A stretch of DNA of 64,000 nucleotides, from assembly GCA_913062645.1 (NCBI GenBank), contig CAJXVW010000002.1, forward strand, positions 301,433 through 365,432, read 5' to 3'. The notes below the pieces were generated by a model, which ran no database searches, was not told the origin of the DNA, and saw only the letters and a list, made by a program, of their open reading frames with translations. A program made the translations under genes and the position numbers. Below, in pieces: positions 1 to 9,856 of the stretch (the first letter of the stretch is position 1; every line of letters starts with the position of its first letter). The stretch is from an uncultured Mycoplasmatota bacterium (lineage in GTDB: Bacteria > Bacillota_I > Bacilli_A > Izemoplasmatales > Izemoplasmataceae).

Positions 1-875
1 AGATCCCCTTCAACAGTACGTTTCGAGAGTGGTTCACCCTCTAAATATTCCTTGAAATCTTCGCTTGGATTTGCGACTGAATGGATGTCAGTCGTAGCTC
101 CGCCCACGTCAATCGTCATGATATTTCCAAGATTTTCGCGTAAAATCATCGTCGATTCCATCACACTTCCGGGGGTCGGCATGATTTTCTGATTGACAAC
201 TTTGAAAATGTCACTCATGCCAGGAGCATGGATGATATTTTCTTCGAAGGTCTCGTAGATCACTTTGCGGAGTGGCAGGATGTTCAAATAGTCAACCCTC
301 GGGTAGACATTGTCAACAATCTTCAAATATTGGGATTTTCCGTGTTGCTTGAAGAGATGTTTTACTTCATCATGGTTTTCTATGTTGCCGGCATAGATGA
401 TGGGGATATCAAGACCCATTTTGAGGAGTTTTTCCGTATTGTAAAGTGCCGTTTCGTACTCTCCGTAGTCGGTACCTCCGGCAACGATGATGATGTTCGG
501 GTTAATTGCTTTGATACGGTCCAAATCTTTGTGTTTGATTTTTCCCGCGGTAACCAGATGAATGTTCGCTCCGGCGTTCAATGCTGCCTCTTTCGAAGCC
601 CGTACGGTCATTTCATAGACCAACCCGTGAACCGTGACTTTGAGACCGCCTGCGGCGCTAGATGTAGCGAACATCTCCTTGTAAGAGAGGTCTTCGGTAT
701 GAAGGTGTTTCTTCAGATCATCGATGGCTTCCTGTAGTCCTTCATTGACATCCGTCGAAACCGTGGTGTTGGCGACACCACGTCCTAAAAAATGCGGTTG
801 ATCGGTATGGATCATGAAGGCGTTCACTATGGTTGTGGTCGAGCCAATTTCGGCGACCAAGACATCGATGTTCAT
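1..875 (-). CDS. MutL-like (glutamate-mutase reactivase family) protein, putative aminomutase accessory/reactivase; 3' end lies outside the window
   Basis: Hand translation of the reverse strand from ATG 875 gives MNIDVLVAEIGSTTTIVNAF ... IMTIDVGGATTDIHS (ASKHA-type phosphate motifs). It starts 4 nt after the oraE stop. The + strand ORF 228..737 is its antisense shadow. Confidence 0.55.
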   Translation of the reverse strand, partial: MNIDVLVAEIGSTTTIVNAFMIHTDQPHFLGRGVANTTVSTDVNEGLQEAIDDLKKHLHTEDLSYKEMFATSSAAGGLKVTVHGLVYEMTVRASKEAALNAGANIHLVTAGKIKHKDLDRIKAINPNIIIVAGGTDYGEYETALYNTEKLLKMGLDIPIIYAGNIENHDEVKHLFKQHGKSQYLKIVDNVYPRVDYLNILPLRKVIYETFEENIIHAPGMSDIFKVVNQKIMPTPGSVMESTMILRENLGNIMTIDVGGATTDIHSVANPSEDFKEYLEGEPLSKRTVEGD

Positions 876-878
876 CGG

Positions 879-3083
879 TTATTCCTCGGTAATTTCCGTC
901 ATTTTATCAAGAATGAAACTAGCGATGTGGATCCCTTTCGTACCACGGCCAAATCCTTGGTCCATCTTGTTGATACGGGCGATTTCCGGAGTCACCTGAG
1001 TACCGCCAGCGACCAGAATCAACTTGTCCCGTACACCCTTTTCAACGGCGTAGTTATGCAGTTTAAGCATGTTCTTGTAGTGCACGTCATCGTGTGAGAT
1101 GATCGTCGACATCATGATGACCTGAGAGTTGGTTTCAATGGCCGCATCGACGAATTTTTCGATCGGAACACTGGTTCCCAGATACTCGTACTTGATGCCA
1201 TATTTCTCGATGCCGCCATGTTTGATATCCAATACTTCTCGAAGTCCAACACTGTGCTCGTCGTTTCCGGCAGTACCGGCTACAACCCGCACCGGGTGGT
1301 CCTTGAAGAACTGGATGACCTCGTCTTCACTACGCGTTTCAACGACTTCGGGAAGCTCCAGTTCATCGATCTTGATATCGAAGTTGAAGGTCCCTTTCAA
1401 CTGAATCCGAGTTCCTTCACTGGGATGAAGAACTTCTTTGTGAATGACCTCCACATCGGTGAGATTCATCTGTTCTCCAGTCACCAGAGCCGCAGCTTCC
1501 GCCGTGCGGGCATCGGTGGCGAAAAACAGATCGACGGTAACCGTTCCGTCGCCCAGCCATTGGACTTCAGGACGTAACATGCCACCGGTTCGATACTTCT
1601 CAGTGCTCTCCATGCGGAGATAGACATTATCGGTTTCATCCAGTTCATCGATGAACTGGATCTTATCTGGATTCTCAAAGGTACAACCGTCAATCAAGGC
1701 ACTTGGATCGTTCACCAGATCGGGGTTATATTGGGCTATGTTGTTGTAGCCGTAATGTGCCGTTACCGGCGCCATGTAGTCCTTATCGCGTTCAATGACG
1801 GTGCCGGATCCGACGCCGCCATCGATGGCGCGGCTGATGCCGTCGCCATTGCGCTCCGGGTATTCGCCACTATCGACGAACATGCCGGCTTCGACTGCTT
1901 GGAAGTACCCGCCCATCTCGATGATTTCTTCCATCATCAGGATGGCACGCTCTTGGATTTCACGTTTCTTGTCGTACAAGTACCCTGTGTCATTAAGACT
2001 GACCATTGACATTATATCGTCCATTCCAATCATCGCTTGCTTGGCGGTGTCCAATGCTTCGATATTGTATACGTGCCAAGGTACATTACGCCCTTCATCG
2101 GGTGTGATCGTACTCTGAATATCCGCACTGGTCAAACGCGAAATCAGAAGATTCAGCACATGGGTGACGGTGGCTTCGCGGGTGCTGGACTCCATGTATT
2201 TGGTATTCATCTGCGCGCGCATCTTGTAATTGCTCATGAACTCGCGAAGCGCGATCGCATATGGAAGATTCAATTTCAGATCCGGTGTTGGAGCGGCCGC
2301 AGGAGGAACCGTCGAGAGACAAATGTTCTCGGGAGCGATGCCGACCTTCTCGCTGAAGCGGGAATTGATAACATGCTGGACCAAGAGCTCCGGCATGACC
2401 TTCCAGGCATCTCTCGCGGTGGCATTAGCGTTGTGTGCGCCATCGATTTGAGCCATCGAGCCGTAAGCCATGATGCGTTTGCTTTCGGCAGCGTCAACGA
2501 AACTACGGACCATGTTGATATTGCGATAAAGCACGTTGTACTGCGGATCCTGATGTGCGCCATTGACACCTTCCTCGGTGAACATGACGGCAATTTCCGG
2601 ACCGGCGACGCCGGACACGTAACTATGGTAGTTGATTGGGCGTCCGACTTCCTCCTCGATGATATCTAATGCTTTCCGCTGGGCTCTAACTTGTTTGCGC
2701 GTGATCGGAATTCCGCCAACTCCCTGTGGTGTTCCTTCGAGCAATCCATCAAAATGAGATTGGCCGGCGGTACGAATTACCATGATGTGATCGGCGCCAT
2801 GCCAGGCAGCCATCCGCATGCGTCGGATGTCATCTTCGAAACGGCCCGATGCGATTTCCGTGGTAATGACCGAATCAGGCTGTGGATCGATGTTTCCAAC
2901 GTGTCTTGCGGAGGGCAGTGGTACATAGTGTTTGAGCGACGGAGAGGCCTGTTTGTACGTGAAGTCACCGATGTTCTGTTCACCGGCGTCACGCCAGGTC
3001 CAACCGCGGCGCTTGGGACGATACTTGTCGAGATCCGTGAGAATGTTGTGCAGATCGAGGCGTTCGTTGGGTTTCAGTTTCAT
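879..3083 (-). CDS. oraE: D-ornithine 4,5-aminomutase large (E/beta) subunit
   Basis: 734-aa ORF. The C-terminal cobalamin-binding module has DxHxxG (GNDEHSVGL). Size and N-terminal region fit my memory of OraE. It lies directly after a 121-aa oraS-like gene and overlaps its stop. Confidence 0.85.
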   Translation of the reverse strand: MKLKPNERLDLHNILTDLDKYRPKRRGWTWRDAGEQNIGDFTYKQASPSLKHYVPLPSARHVGNIDPQPDSVITTEIASGRFEDDIRRMRMAAWHGADHIMVIRTAGQSHFDGLLEGTPQGVGGIPITRKQVRAQRKALDIIEEEVGRPINYHSYVSGVAGPEIAVMFTEEGVNGAHQDPQYNVLYRNINMVRSFVDAAESKRIMAYGSMAQIDGAHNANATARDAWKVMPELLVQHVINSRFSEKVGIAPENICLSTVPPAAAPTPDLKLNLPYAIALREFMSNYKMRAQMNTKYMESSTREATVTHVLNLLISRLTSADIQSTITPDEGRNVPWHVYNIEALDTAKQAMIGMDDIMSMVSLNDTGYLYDKKREIQERAILMMEEIIEMGGYFQAVEAGMFVDSGEYPERNGDGISRAIDGGVGSGTVIERDKDYMAPVTAHYGYNNIAQYNPDLVNDPSALIDGCTFENPDKIQFIDELDETDNVYLRMESTEKYRTGGMLRPEVQWLGDGTVTVDLFFATDARTAEAAALVTGEQMNLTDVEVIHKEVLHPSEGTRIQLKGTFNFDIKIDELELPEVVETRSEDEVIQFFKDHPVRVVAGTAGNDEHSVGLREVLDIKHGGIEKYGIKYEYLGTSVPIEKFVDAAIETNSQVIMMSTIISHDDVHYKNMLKLHNYAVEKGVRDKLILVAGGTQVTPEIARINKMDQGFGRGTKGIHIASFILDKMTEITEE

Positions 3084-3445
3084 GATCTTGCCTCAAACGT
3101 TTTTTTCAAGTAGTCAATTGCGTTGCCGGACTGTATCATCGATCCCGCCTCACGGATCGACACACCCTTGTCCCTGGCGACTAGATAGACACATTGACCA
3201 CTACCTTTTGAAAGAAGGTGTTGCTCGCCCAGCACATCGACGATCGCTTTGGCCTCCAGACTGTTGAAGCCCATGCGCAGAAGCACGCTGCGTTCGATCG
3301 ATTTACTGGTGTTCTTGTAGGCAAGGTCAAGAAGCGGGTCGACAATCTTGTCGGCCAGCTCGAAAAAGTAGGTTTTGAGTTGTTCGTCACTCATCTGTTC
3401 CAGATGTTTGCGACGTGAGATGAAGTCGTCTTTGCGCTCCTTCAT
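3080..3445 (-). CDS. oraS: D-ornithine 4,5-aminomutase small (S/alpha) subunit
   Basis: 121-aa ORF with AGGAGG SD 9 nt upstream. Size and position immediately 5' of oraE match the known oraS-oraE pair. Confidence 0.75.
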   Translation of the reverse strand: MKERKDDFISRRKHLEQMSDEQLKTYFFELADKIVDPLLDLAYKNTSKSIERSVLLRMGFNSLEAKAIVDVLGEQHLLSKGSGQCVYLVARDKGVSIREAGSMIQSGNAIDYLKKTFEARS

Positions 3446-3459
3446 GGGTGGATCCCTCC

Positions 3460-4845
3460 TTACAGTAAGTCTCGCACGTCCTTCGTGCTGATTCTCAGCT
3501 CTTCGGCCAAGAATGCGATGTCTTGTTCGGACAAGTCAGTGTCCTTGTAGCGTTTCAAATAGGATCGTCTCAGATCTTCCATGGGAATCTCCTGATGTTT
3601 CAGATAACTGCCGTCTTTGGGGAAGATGATGTTCTTGCCCGGCACTTCTTCCAGCGGATTTCCAAAGAGGATTTCGATGCCGTTTCGCTTGGCGAACGAG
3701 ATTTGTGGCTGAATGTGTTTGCCGGCGCCCGTATACTCGGTTTCCTGGACGACGATGATCTCGTCGTCCTTCATCTGTTGGGACAGACTGAACGCTGCCG
3801 CCAAAGAGGTGTTCCCGGCCGGTCCGCGTTCCATGCCTTCCAAAATGGCCAACGCTTCGGTGATGTAGAACACACTGCCCTGATTCACCATCACGTACTG
3901 ATCCATGTACCGGAGCGGGCGGGCCGCGCTGCGCGGTACGTCGCTGCGGTCGGGATAGGTCGCGAAGGGAATGCCGAAACCGGTATGTCCGGTCGTGAAC
4001 GACTTCTTGTTGAAGTCGGTGTCACTGGCCATGTGAAGACCATAGAGATTGACGCTCGCGCCAATCACCTTGGTGTTTGTCGCGCCGGCAGCCTTTAGTC
4101 CGCGGGCAGTGCCGGTGAGATTGCCGCCTCCGGCATTGGTGACGATCACGGCTTCGGGATGACGCCCGGTCTTCCGCATCACCTGTTCGGCGATTTCATG
4201 ACCGAGCGATTCGATGCCACGGACGCCATACGGGGAATAGAGCGAGGCATTGAAATAGCCGGTTTCGTCCAGTAACTTAAGGAAATAGTAAAACAGTTCC
4301 GGTCCGACGCTGCACTGCACGACTTCCGCGCCGAAGGCTTCGCATTTGCGCGCCTTTTCGAGGATCTCCGGCTGACTGACGTTCTTGGAGTCGAAACACT
4401 CCTGAACGATGATGCATTTCAAGCCCGCTTTGGCCGCGAGGGCGGCCACGGCGGCGCCGTAGTTGCCGCTGGTGGCGGCGATGACGCCCTTGTAGCCGAG
4501 CGTTTTCGCCTGGTGGACGCTGAGTGCGGCGCGACGGGCTTTGAAACTGCCCGAGAGATTGCCGGCTTCGTCCTTGAGGAAGATCCGTGCGCCATAGCCG
4601 GGTTTCGCATACTTACGGGCGTAGGCGGTGATGTTCTTCAGTTCGACTAACGGCGTGTCGCCGACCATGTTGTCGCGCTGAATGGCGCGGATCGTGTCGA
4701 TGTCGTAGTCATTGTCGGTCATCATTGCCTCGTAATCGAAGGCGATGCCGCCTTGTTCGTACTTGGCGTAGTCGAGACCGACGCTCTGTTTCATGATGGC
4801 ATTCTTGCGAGCCATCAGTTCATCGTAGGCGTTAGGCATCGTCAT
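3460..4845 (-). CDS. ortB: 2-amino-4-ketopentanoate thiolase beta subunit (PLP fold-type II)
   Basis: Has SGSFKARRA (PLP lysine motif) and ATSGNYGAAVA. I moved the start to ATGACGATG at 4845, behind GGGAGG. The 533-aa form in the ORF track is an upstream extension that overlaps ortA. Confidence 0.8.
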   Translation of the reverse strand: MTMPNAYDELMARKNAIMKQSVGLDYAKYEQGGIAFDYEAMMTDNDYDIDTIRAIQRDNMVGDTPLVELKNITAYARKYAKPGYGARIFLKDEAGNLSGSFKARRAALSVHQAKTLGYKGVIAATSGNYGAAVAALAAKAGLKCIIVQECFDSKNVSQPEILEKARKCEAFGAEVVQCSVGPELFYYFLKLLDETGYFNASLYSPYGVRGIESLGHEIAEQVMRKTGRHPEAVIVTNAGGGNLTGTARGLKAAGATNTKVIGASVNLYGLHMASDTDFNKKSFTTGHTGFGIPFATYPDRSDVPRSAARPLRYMDQYVMVNQGSVFYITEALAILEGMERGPAGNTSLAAAFSLSQQMKDDEIIVVQETEYTGAGKHIQPQISFAKRNGIEILFGNPLEEVPGKNIIFPKDGSYLKHQEIPMEDLRRSYLKRYKDTDLSEQDIAFLAEELRISTKDVRDLL

Positions 4846-5137
4846 CGCCTCCCATGTCGTGTTTGATGATGTCCCGGACACACAGGATCTCCGGAACAAA
4901 ATCGCCATACGAATGGCGATATGGCGGGTTTGCTTCTTTGAGACGGCCCGTTTCCAGACGGCCGTCGATGGTTTTGACGGTGACGATGTCGAAGAGGTCG
5001 GCCCAATCGTCCTGAAGATACCCTTTGACCCAGATCTTGAACGGGACCTGTTTGGTATCATCGGGGAGATTGGAACTGCGCTCTTCTGGTTTCAATACGG
5101 TCTTGCGGATCCGTACGTAAGTTCCTTGTTCAATCAT
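4832..5137 (-). CDS. ortA: 2-amino-4-ketopentanoate thiolase alpha subunit
   Basis: 101-aa ORF with AGGAGA SD. Its size and position just 5' of ortB match the conserved ornithine-degradation cluster. Confidence 0.75.
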   Translation of the reverse strand: MIEQGTYVRIRKTVLKPEERSSNLPDDTKQVPFKIWVKGYLQDDWADLFDIVTVKTIDGRLETGRLKEANPPYRHSYGDFVPEILCVRDIIKHDMGGDDDA

Positions 5138-6785
5138 CTTTGCGATTCTCCTGTCTGACGGTGTTTACCCCTTCCATGGCGATATTGGAGACGAAAGAGA
5201 TACTGAGGGCGAAGAACGTGAGACCGTAGATCCCCAGGAATCCGCCCCATGCCTGGGCAATCGGATATTCGGTGGATGGCGCGATGTCGCCGTAACCGAT
5301 TGTCGATACGCTGATGACGGTCCAGTACAGGAAATCACCATAGGTGTTCGAACGTGGCGTGATCGATTCGATTCGGGCCAGACGGCCTTCATAGAAGACG
5401 GGGTTGTTAACGAAGTTGCCGTCGCCATCGGTGATGTTGAACAGATTGGCGCCGGTCGCGTCATAGAAGTCCCAGACCATGCCGCCTTGTTCATCGTACA
5501 GATCAATCGTGTTGCCGTCTTCATCGAACCCGGCGGTGACTTCGTTGCCGGCCATGTCATACAACACATCGATGGGTTCGCCACCGCTGTCGTAGACTTG
5601 TTCGATGAGCGTGGTATTCGAATAGAGTTCCGTGTCCACTTCGATGTCGTAGTGGGTCTCGGCGAAGTTGAAGGAATCGGGTTCCCAATTGTAGATCGAG
5701 TAGGCGACAACCGAGGCGTACAGGATGACGTAAATGTGGAAGCCGAAGAAGATCACGAATACGACCCGTGTAACGGCCTTGGACTTGCGTCCACGCAGAT
5801 TCTGGAAGATGTTGATCTCCCCGACGATCATGTTGAGATTGACGCCCAGAAGGGCGACAAAGCCGATGATCAACACGAAGATCATGATTTCCGCGAGATA
5901 GGTGATCTCAAAGGTGATGAAGATGATGTAGATTGCGATCACCGCGGCGGATAGCGTCAGAACGTATCCGTTCTTGGCGTCGATGCTTTTTTCGAGGATC
6001 GACGGAATGATGTTGAACAGATACTGCCACGAACAGATCACGACGAGGTAGATCAACAGTGAGATGAGCGCCCCGTAGATGATCTCGAGGACAGTCTCGT
6101 CACTCGTTACGCCGTCCATCACGGCGGCGTAGGCGATGAGTCCGCCGAACAGTGCGTACAGCACCAGCGTGAAAATGGATTTGTATTTGTTGAAGGTCGT
6201 CTGAACCTGGTTCTTGCCGACCGAATAGATGATTTCTTTCTTCGCTTCCTGTTTCGCCTGTTTGAAGAGTCGTTTGAACGGCAGGACGAAGAACAGGAAG
6301 ACTAGCATGTGAATGTTGAACAGCATCAACACGAACGCGATGAACAGAGCCGCGAATGCGAAGATCGCACTCTGGAGATAGTCGCCGCCGTCGTAGACGA
6401 CGTTGTTGACATAGAAGAAGGCGATCGCGTAGAACACGATCGAAAAGATCAAATAGAAGGTCTTGCCGAGTTTCTTCTCGCGAACCGGTTTTCCTTCGAT
6501 TTCGGCTTCCAAAGTCTCGAGTGTCGAGAGTTCTTTTTGGTCCTTGATGCGGCCTTGGGACTTGGGTTTTTTGGTTCTGGGCTTGCGCGTCGTTTTCTTC
6601 TTGGTTGACGCTCCAGCGCTCTGTTTCGTGGACCCACTGTCCGTTTTGACTGCTTTAGCGCGAGGTTTCTTGGTTGAACTCTTCTTCGTACCGGACGAGG
6701 AAGACGACTTTTTCGTGGTGGTTTTCTTCTTCGTTGTCGAGGTCGCTTTCGGGGCGTTTTTGTCTTTCAAGTCTTCTGCTGCCAT
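5130..6785 (-). CDS. Polytopic membrane protein with a K+-channel pore module and a Lys/Ser/Thr-rich N-terminal tail
   Basis: Selectivity-filter signature VSTIGYGD near the C-terminus, flanked by hydrophobic helices. There are multiple upstream TM segments and an acidic D/G-rich loop (DEDGNTIDLYDEQGG...). Start set at ATG 6785, 8 nt after AGGAG; the track start at 6794 is GTG. The stop overlaps the ortA start. Confidence 0.6.
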   Translation of the reverse strand: MAAEDLKDKNAPKATSTTKKKTTTKKSSSSSGTKKSSTKKPRAKAVKTDSGSTKQSAGASTKKKTTRKPRTKKPKSQGRIKDQKELSTLETLEAEIEGKPVREKKLGKTFYLIFSIVFYAIAFFYVNNVVYDGGDYLQSAIFAFAALFIAFVLMLFNIHMLVFLFFVLPFKRLFKQAKQEAKKEIIYSVGKNQVQTTFNKYKSIFTLVLYALFGGLIAYAAVMDGVTSDETVLEIIYGALISLLIYLVVICSWQYLFNIIPSILEKSIDAKNGYVLTLSAAVIAIYIIFITFEITYLAEIMIFVLIIGFVALLGVNLNMIVGEINIFQNLRGRKSKAVTRVVFVIFFGFHIYVILYASVVAYSIYNWEPDSFNFAETHYDIEVDTELYSNTTLIEQVYDSGGEPIDVLYDMAGNEVTAGFDEDGNTIDLYDEQGGMVWDFYDATGANLFNITDGDGNFVNNPVFYEGRLARIESITPRSNTYGDFLYWTVISVSTIGYGDIAPSTEYPIAQAWGGFLGIYGLTFFALSISFVSNIAMEGVNTVRQENRKDD

Positions 6786-6811
6786 GTCATTCACTCCTGA
6801 TCAAATTGGGT

Positions 6812-7858
6812 TTAATCTTCGAGTAAGTCGCGCATGTCTCCTAAGATGGCTCTTGGCACCGGCAGATCGATCATCGTTTTGAGACCAGGCCGGGCATTTA
6901 GCACGTGGGGAATCATGTTGACGCAGACCGCGATGGTTCCGATGCCGCCGTCGATTTCGGGGGTGATCGCCATGTTCACTTCGGGGACACCCTTGATCGT
7001 GATGTAGTCGCCGGTGTGGGTTCCTTCCATCTCCGGTTCAATCTGTTGCGGGTGCTTCATGTCGATGAACACCTTGCCGTCAACAAAGCCTTGGCCGGTC
7101 ATGTTGACGCCGGCGACGTTGCCCTTCTTGGCTTCGCCATACTTGCTCTTGCGGTCGACGGACGTAATGATCGGTTTCATCTGCTGTTTGAAGTCCGACA
7201 GCTCGACGCCGATGGCGTCGGCGATCATCCGGACGCTTTCGGCGAAGCCGACATGTCCGGCGAGGGTTCCTTCCCGGACGCCTTTGACGAATTGTTCGAC
7301 GGTGATGCCGACACCCTGTTCCTCCATCACGGCGGGGCCGAAGGGGGACAGGCTGTTGACGCGGTTTGCTTCAATGTGATCTACACGTTCCATTGTACCA
7401 CTTAACGCTATCACAAGTAAATCCATTATGAATCCGGGGTTGATCCCGGTGCCCAGAACCGTCACGCCGTTGGCTTTGGCGATTTGGTCGAGTTCCTCCG
7501 CAAGATCGGGGTCCTGCGCCTTGGGATAGGCCATTTCTTCAGCCGTGGAGATGCAGTTGATGCCCTGCTCCAGGACCTTCTTCATTTTCGGGAAGGCCTT
7601 CTTTGTGAAGCTGTCTGTCGCCAAGAGCACGATGTCGCAGGTGTCCTTGTCGAGAAGGCGGTCGATGTCGTCGCTGACAAGCACGTCAGGATGCCCGCCC
7701 TTCGTGCGGGACAGAATGTGGAAGATGCTTTTGCCGATCAGTTCGGAATGGAGGTCGCAGACGCCGGTGATGGTGACACCTTTCTTGTTCAGAAGCATGT
7801 CGGCCATGCCGCGCCCCATGGCTCCGAAACCCCAGATCACTACGTTAATATTCTTCAT
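6812..7858 (-). CDS. ord: 2,4-diaminopentanoate dehydrogenase (DapB-like NAD(P) oxidoreductase)
   Basis: N-terminal Rossmann motif VVIWGFGAMGRG. The 348-aa size and its position as first gene of the ornithine cluster fit ord. Confidence 0.75.
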   Translation of the reverse strand: MKNINVVIWGFGAMGRGMADMLLNKKGVTITGVCDLHSELIGKSIFHILSRTKGGHPDVLVSDDIDRLLDKDTCDIVLLATDSFTKKAFPKMKKVLEQGINCISTAEEMAYPKAQDPDLAEELDQIAKANGVTVLGTGINPGFIMDLLVIALSGTMERVDHIEANRVNSLSPFGPAVMEEQGVGITVEQFVKGVREGTLAGHVGFAESVRMIADAIGVELSDFKQQMKPIITSVDRKSKYGEAKKGNVAGVNMTGQGFVDGKVFIDMKHPQQIEPEMEGTHTGDYITIKGVPEVNMAITPEIDGGIGTIAVCVNMIPHVLNARPGLKTMIDLPVPRAILGDMRDLLED

Positions 7859-8073
7859 ACTGTTCTCCTTATCTCATTAAGTAAATTTCATCACACTATA
7901 TAGTATCATAAAAACGCTTTCAATGGTACCCTATTATAAATATTGGTTCCGGATTGCTTCAGTTGATAATTTCAATTTTTTAATACTCACTTTGTTCATC
8001 AATTATAATTTTTTACATTCTAACAAACCTCATATGTTAGGTGATATTTTTCCGTGATTAATTCATCATTATT

Positions 8074-8082
8074 TGCTATAAT
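8074..8082 (+). promoter_or_regulatory. Extended -10 promoter element (TGCTATAAT) for the R-M operon
   Basis: TGnTATAAT match about 26 nt upstream of ATG 8108; AGGGGG SD at 8095-8100. Confidence 0.45.
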
Positions 8083-8107
8083 GGTATAGACAGTTAGGGG
8101 GACAAAT

Positions 8108-9856
8108 ATGTCTACGGAGCTTTATCAATCATTTGAGCAATTTCGAAAGAAACACTACCCAAATAATGAAAGCCTTGCTATAGATATCTATTTCGATACA
8201 CTTCTTCTTGTTGTTTGTCGGAATCTTTTAATTTGTGATAGTTTTGAAGCTGATTTGTTTTCTTACTCCAAGCTGGATAACGTACTTAGTTACATACCAA
8301 ACACATTAGAGTTAACGCCAGATGATATAGGTGTAGCCTATGAGAAAGCTGTAAATCGAAGAAAAACAGGAACATATTTTACCCCAAGAATCGTTACTGA
8401 TTTTATTGCAAAAAAAGCTTTGGATCAATATCATGCAAAGGAATCAAACTCCCAACCAAAGGTTCTAGATCCGTCCTGTGGATCAGGAGAATTTTTGCTC
8501 AGTGCCTTCGAATATCTTTTATTAAACAATACAGATGAGAAAAACGACATACAAGAAAGAATAATTAAATTATCTGATCAGATTTATGGCGTGGATATAA
8601 GCAGAACAGCTATAGAAATTGCGCGATTTCGACTTATCTACTGTGCTCTTAGCAATGGTTTAAGTCTTAAGAATGTCCCCAAGCTCAAGTTTCACCTGTA
8701 TGTAGGTAATTCTGTTCTCGGAAATGGATATGGAGGCCGCAGATCTCTAAAAAGGATTTTTGAAGAACAGCCTAAAGTATTCAATTATGAAGAGTGGTTA
8801 TCAGAATGCAACCCATTTAATTGGCGACGCGTTGCTACTAGATTTGATATAGTTGTCGGTAATCCTCCTTATATAGAATTATCAAAAGTTAAATCGTATA
8901 AGCCAACCCTGTCATCTTCTCAAACTGGCAACATTTTTGCATCATTTGTTGAAAGAAGTCTAGATTTATTAAGTGACGGTGGCGTAGTCGGAATGATTCT
9001 TCCTATTTCTTTTCTTACGACTAAAAGAATGAAACCTATTCGTGATCTGGTTCTAGCAAAATCATCTATTGTGGAGATTTACTCTTATGCAGATCGGCCT
9101 GGGAGTTTATTCACTGGTGTACATCAGAAACTGAATATCTTGTTCTGCAAAAAAGGCGATCCATCTGGCACTGCTACAATACGCACAAGCTCTTACATCC
9201 ATTTTTATTCAGACCGAATCACATTGGACACGCTCGACCCAGGAACAATTACAAACGAGCTTGTTTTTGATGACGGCATACCAAAACTTGGGAATGATAT
9301 TGAAAAGTCGATTTTTAACAAGGTGTACAATTGGGAAACCCAACAGACTTTTAATTATGGCGGGAAGCATCACTTGTATATTAACTCTAGAAGTTGTTTT
9401 TGGATGAAAACTTTCTTTGATCAACCACACTCTTCTGATTATCTTGATTTGAAGTTTGATAACCAAAACCGAGCGAGACATGTATATGCGGTTTTCAACT
9501 CCTCGTTGTTTTTTTGGTTCTGGGAAGTAATTTCTGATGGGTGGCACTTGAGGAAAGCAGATCTCAATAAGTTTAACTTCAAATCGAAGGAGCCCAATGC
9601 GGAGTTGATAAAACTAAGTTCTATTGTGGAAAATAAGTTGGAAACCACAAAAATGTATATTGGAAGTAAACAAGTTGATTACGAATATAAACATAAACTA
9701 GTTAAGAAGGAACTAGACCAAATTGATAAGGTGTTAGCGAAAATTTATGACCTTACTGACGAAGAACTTAAATACATAATAAAATATCAGGTGAAATATC
9801 GTATGAATGATGAGTACGGAAATTATATCAAAACGAGTGATCTATATGAAACTTAA
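8108..9856 (+). CDS. N6-adenine DNA methyltransferase, gamma-class (Eco57I/N6_Mtase-like)
   Basis: Motif I VLDPSCGSGEFLL lies upstream of motif IV VVGNPPYIE. A long C-terminal region is consistent with a target-recognition domain. Confidence 0.8.
   Translation: MSTELYQSFEQFRKKHYPNNESLAIDIYFDTLLLVVCRNLLICDSFEADLFSYSKLDNVLSYIPNTLELTPDDIGVAYEKAVNRRKTGTYFTPRIVTDFIAKKALDQYHAKESNSQPKVLDPSCGSGEFLLSAFEYLLLNNTDEKNDIQERIIKLSDQIYGVDISRTAIEIARFRLIYCALSNGLSLKNVPKLKFHLYVGNSVLGNGYGGRRSLKRIFEEQPKVFNYEEWLSECNPFNWRRVATRFDIVVGNPPYIELSKVKSYKPTLSSSQTGNIFASFVERSLDLLSDGGVVGMILPISFLTTKRMKPIRDLVLAKSSIVEIYSYADRPGSLFTGVHQKLNILFCKKGDPSGTATIRTSSYIHFYSDRITLDTLDPGTITNELVFDDGIPKLGNDIEKSIFNKVYNWETQQTFNYGGKHHLYINSRSCFWMKTFFDQPHSSDYLDLKFDNQNRARHVYAVFNSSLFFWFWEVISDGWHLRKADLNKFNFKSKEPNAELIKLSSIVENKLETTKMYIGSKQVDYEYKHKLVKKELDQIDKVLAKIYDLTDEELKYIIKYQVKYRMNDEYGNYIKTSDLYET

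Noticed and set aside
228-3113. Numerous + strand ORFs (228..737, 792..1097, 1218..1577, 1731..2009, 2037..2669, 2691..3113 and others)
   Set aside because: They lie antisense to or out of frame with the well-supported mutL-like and oraE genes. Their composition is biased and they have no SD sequences, so I treat them as shadow ORFs.
4846-5061. N-terminal 72-aa extension of the ortB ORF (the 533-aa version)
   Set aside because: It is Ser/Arg/Thr-rich, overlaps ortA in another frame, and a good GGGAGG-ATG start exists at 4845.
6449-6882. Repetitive-looking K/S/T-coding stretch; considered as a tandem repeat or a separate ORF (6463..6882, 6449..6637)
   Set aside because: It is low-complexity coding sequence of the channel protein's N-terminal tail. 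I saw no exact repeat unit, and the alternative ORFs are its shadows.
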